In this document: in pieces, positions 19,897-20,000 of the stretch | Layout of the letters: each line of letters begins with the position of its first letter | Position numbering within the stretch: the first letter of the stretch is position 1 | Source of the DNA: Saprolegnia diclina VS20 | Lineage: Eukaryota | Reading direction: 5' to 3' | DNA length: 20,000 nucleotides | NCBI RefSeq assembly: GCF_000281045.1 | Contig: NW_008246219.1 | Span: 57,605-77,604, forward strand | Translations under genes and position numbers: made by a program | The notes under the pieces: generated by a model | What the model was told of the DNA's origin: nothing | What the model saw: the letters and a program-made list of their open reading frames with translations, nothing else | The model's database searches: none

Positions 19897-20000
19897 TCGA
19901 CCAAAACACAAAATTTCAAAATTCGTCTGCGATTCAGTTACTACCGCTTAGAGCTCGTCGCGCGCAACGTAGACGGGAATCGGGCCCAGCACCGGCGCCG
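19897..20000 (-). repeat. Right arm of an inverted duplication; partner 8989-9092
   Basis: 104-nt ungapped alignment with 5 mismatches, all in the 3' UTR. Confidence 0.95.
19948..20000 (-). CDS. 3' end of a second, inverted copy of the C1A protease (...APVLGPIPVYVARDEL*), continuing beyond the window
   Basis: The revcomp of 19948-20000 is identical to 8989-9041. Confidence 0.9.
   Translation of the reverse strand, partial: APVLGPIPVYVARDEL

Overview
Eukaryotic genomic DNA with GC-rich exons and short (~44-80 nt) GT-AG introns. The gene families and style point to an oomycete, most likely Saprolegniales (inference). From left to right: the 3' part of a full-size ABCB/MDR transporter; a 10-exon LRR-transmembrane-TKL receptor kinase, mostly missed by the ORF track, whose DFG motif reads GFS; a hairpin-rich intergenic stretch; a papain-like C1A protease ending in RDEL with an apparent 4-bp frameshift; three tandem intronless ~410-aa LRR/RNI-like paralogues ending in a conserved FG..SDY tail; a bZIP-like oomycete-family gene; a PLAC8 gene; an intronless ElaA-like GNAT of bacterial type; two degenerate copies of the LRR-like family on the minus strand; and, at the window edge, a near-identical inverted copy of the protease 3' end. 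The right half is thus an inverted segmental duplication (protease plus LRR-like genes) around three single-copy genes, with active gene birth and death.
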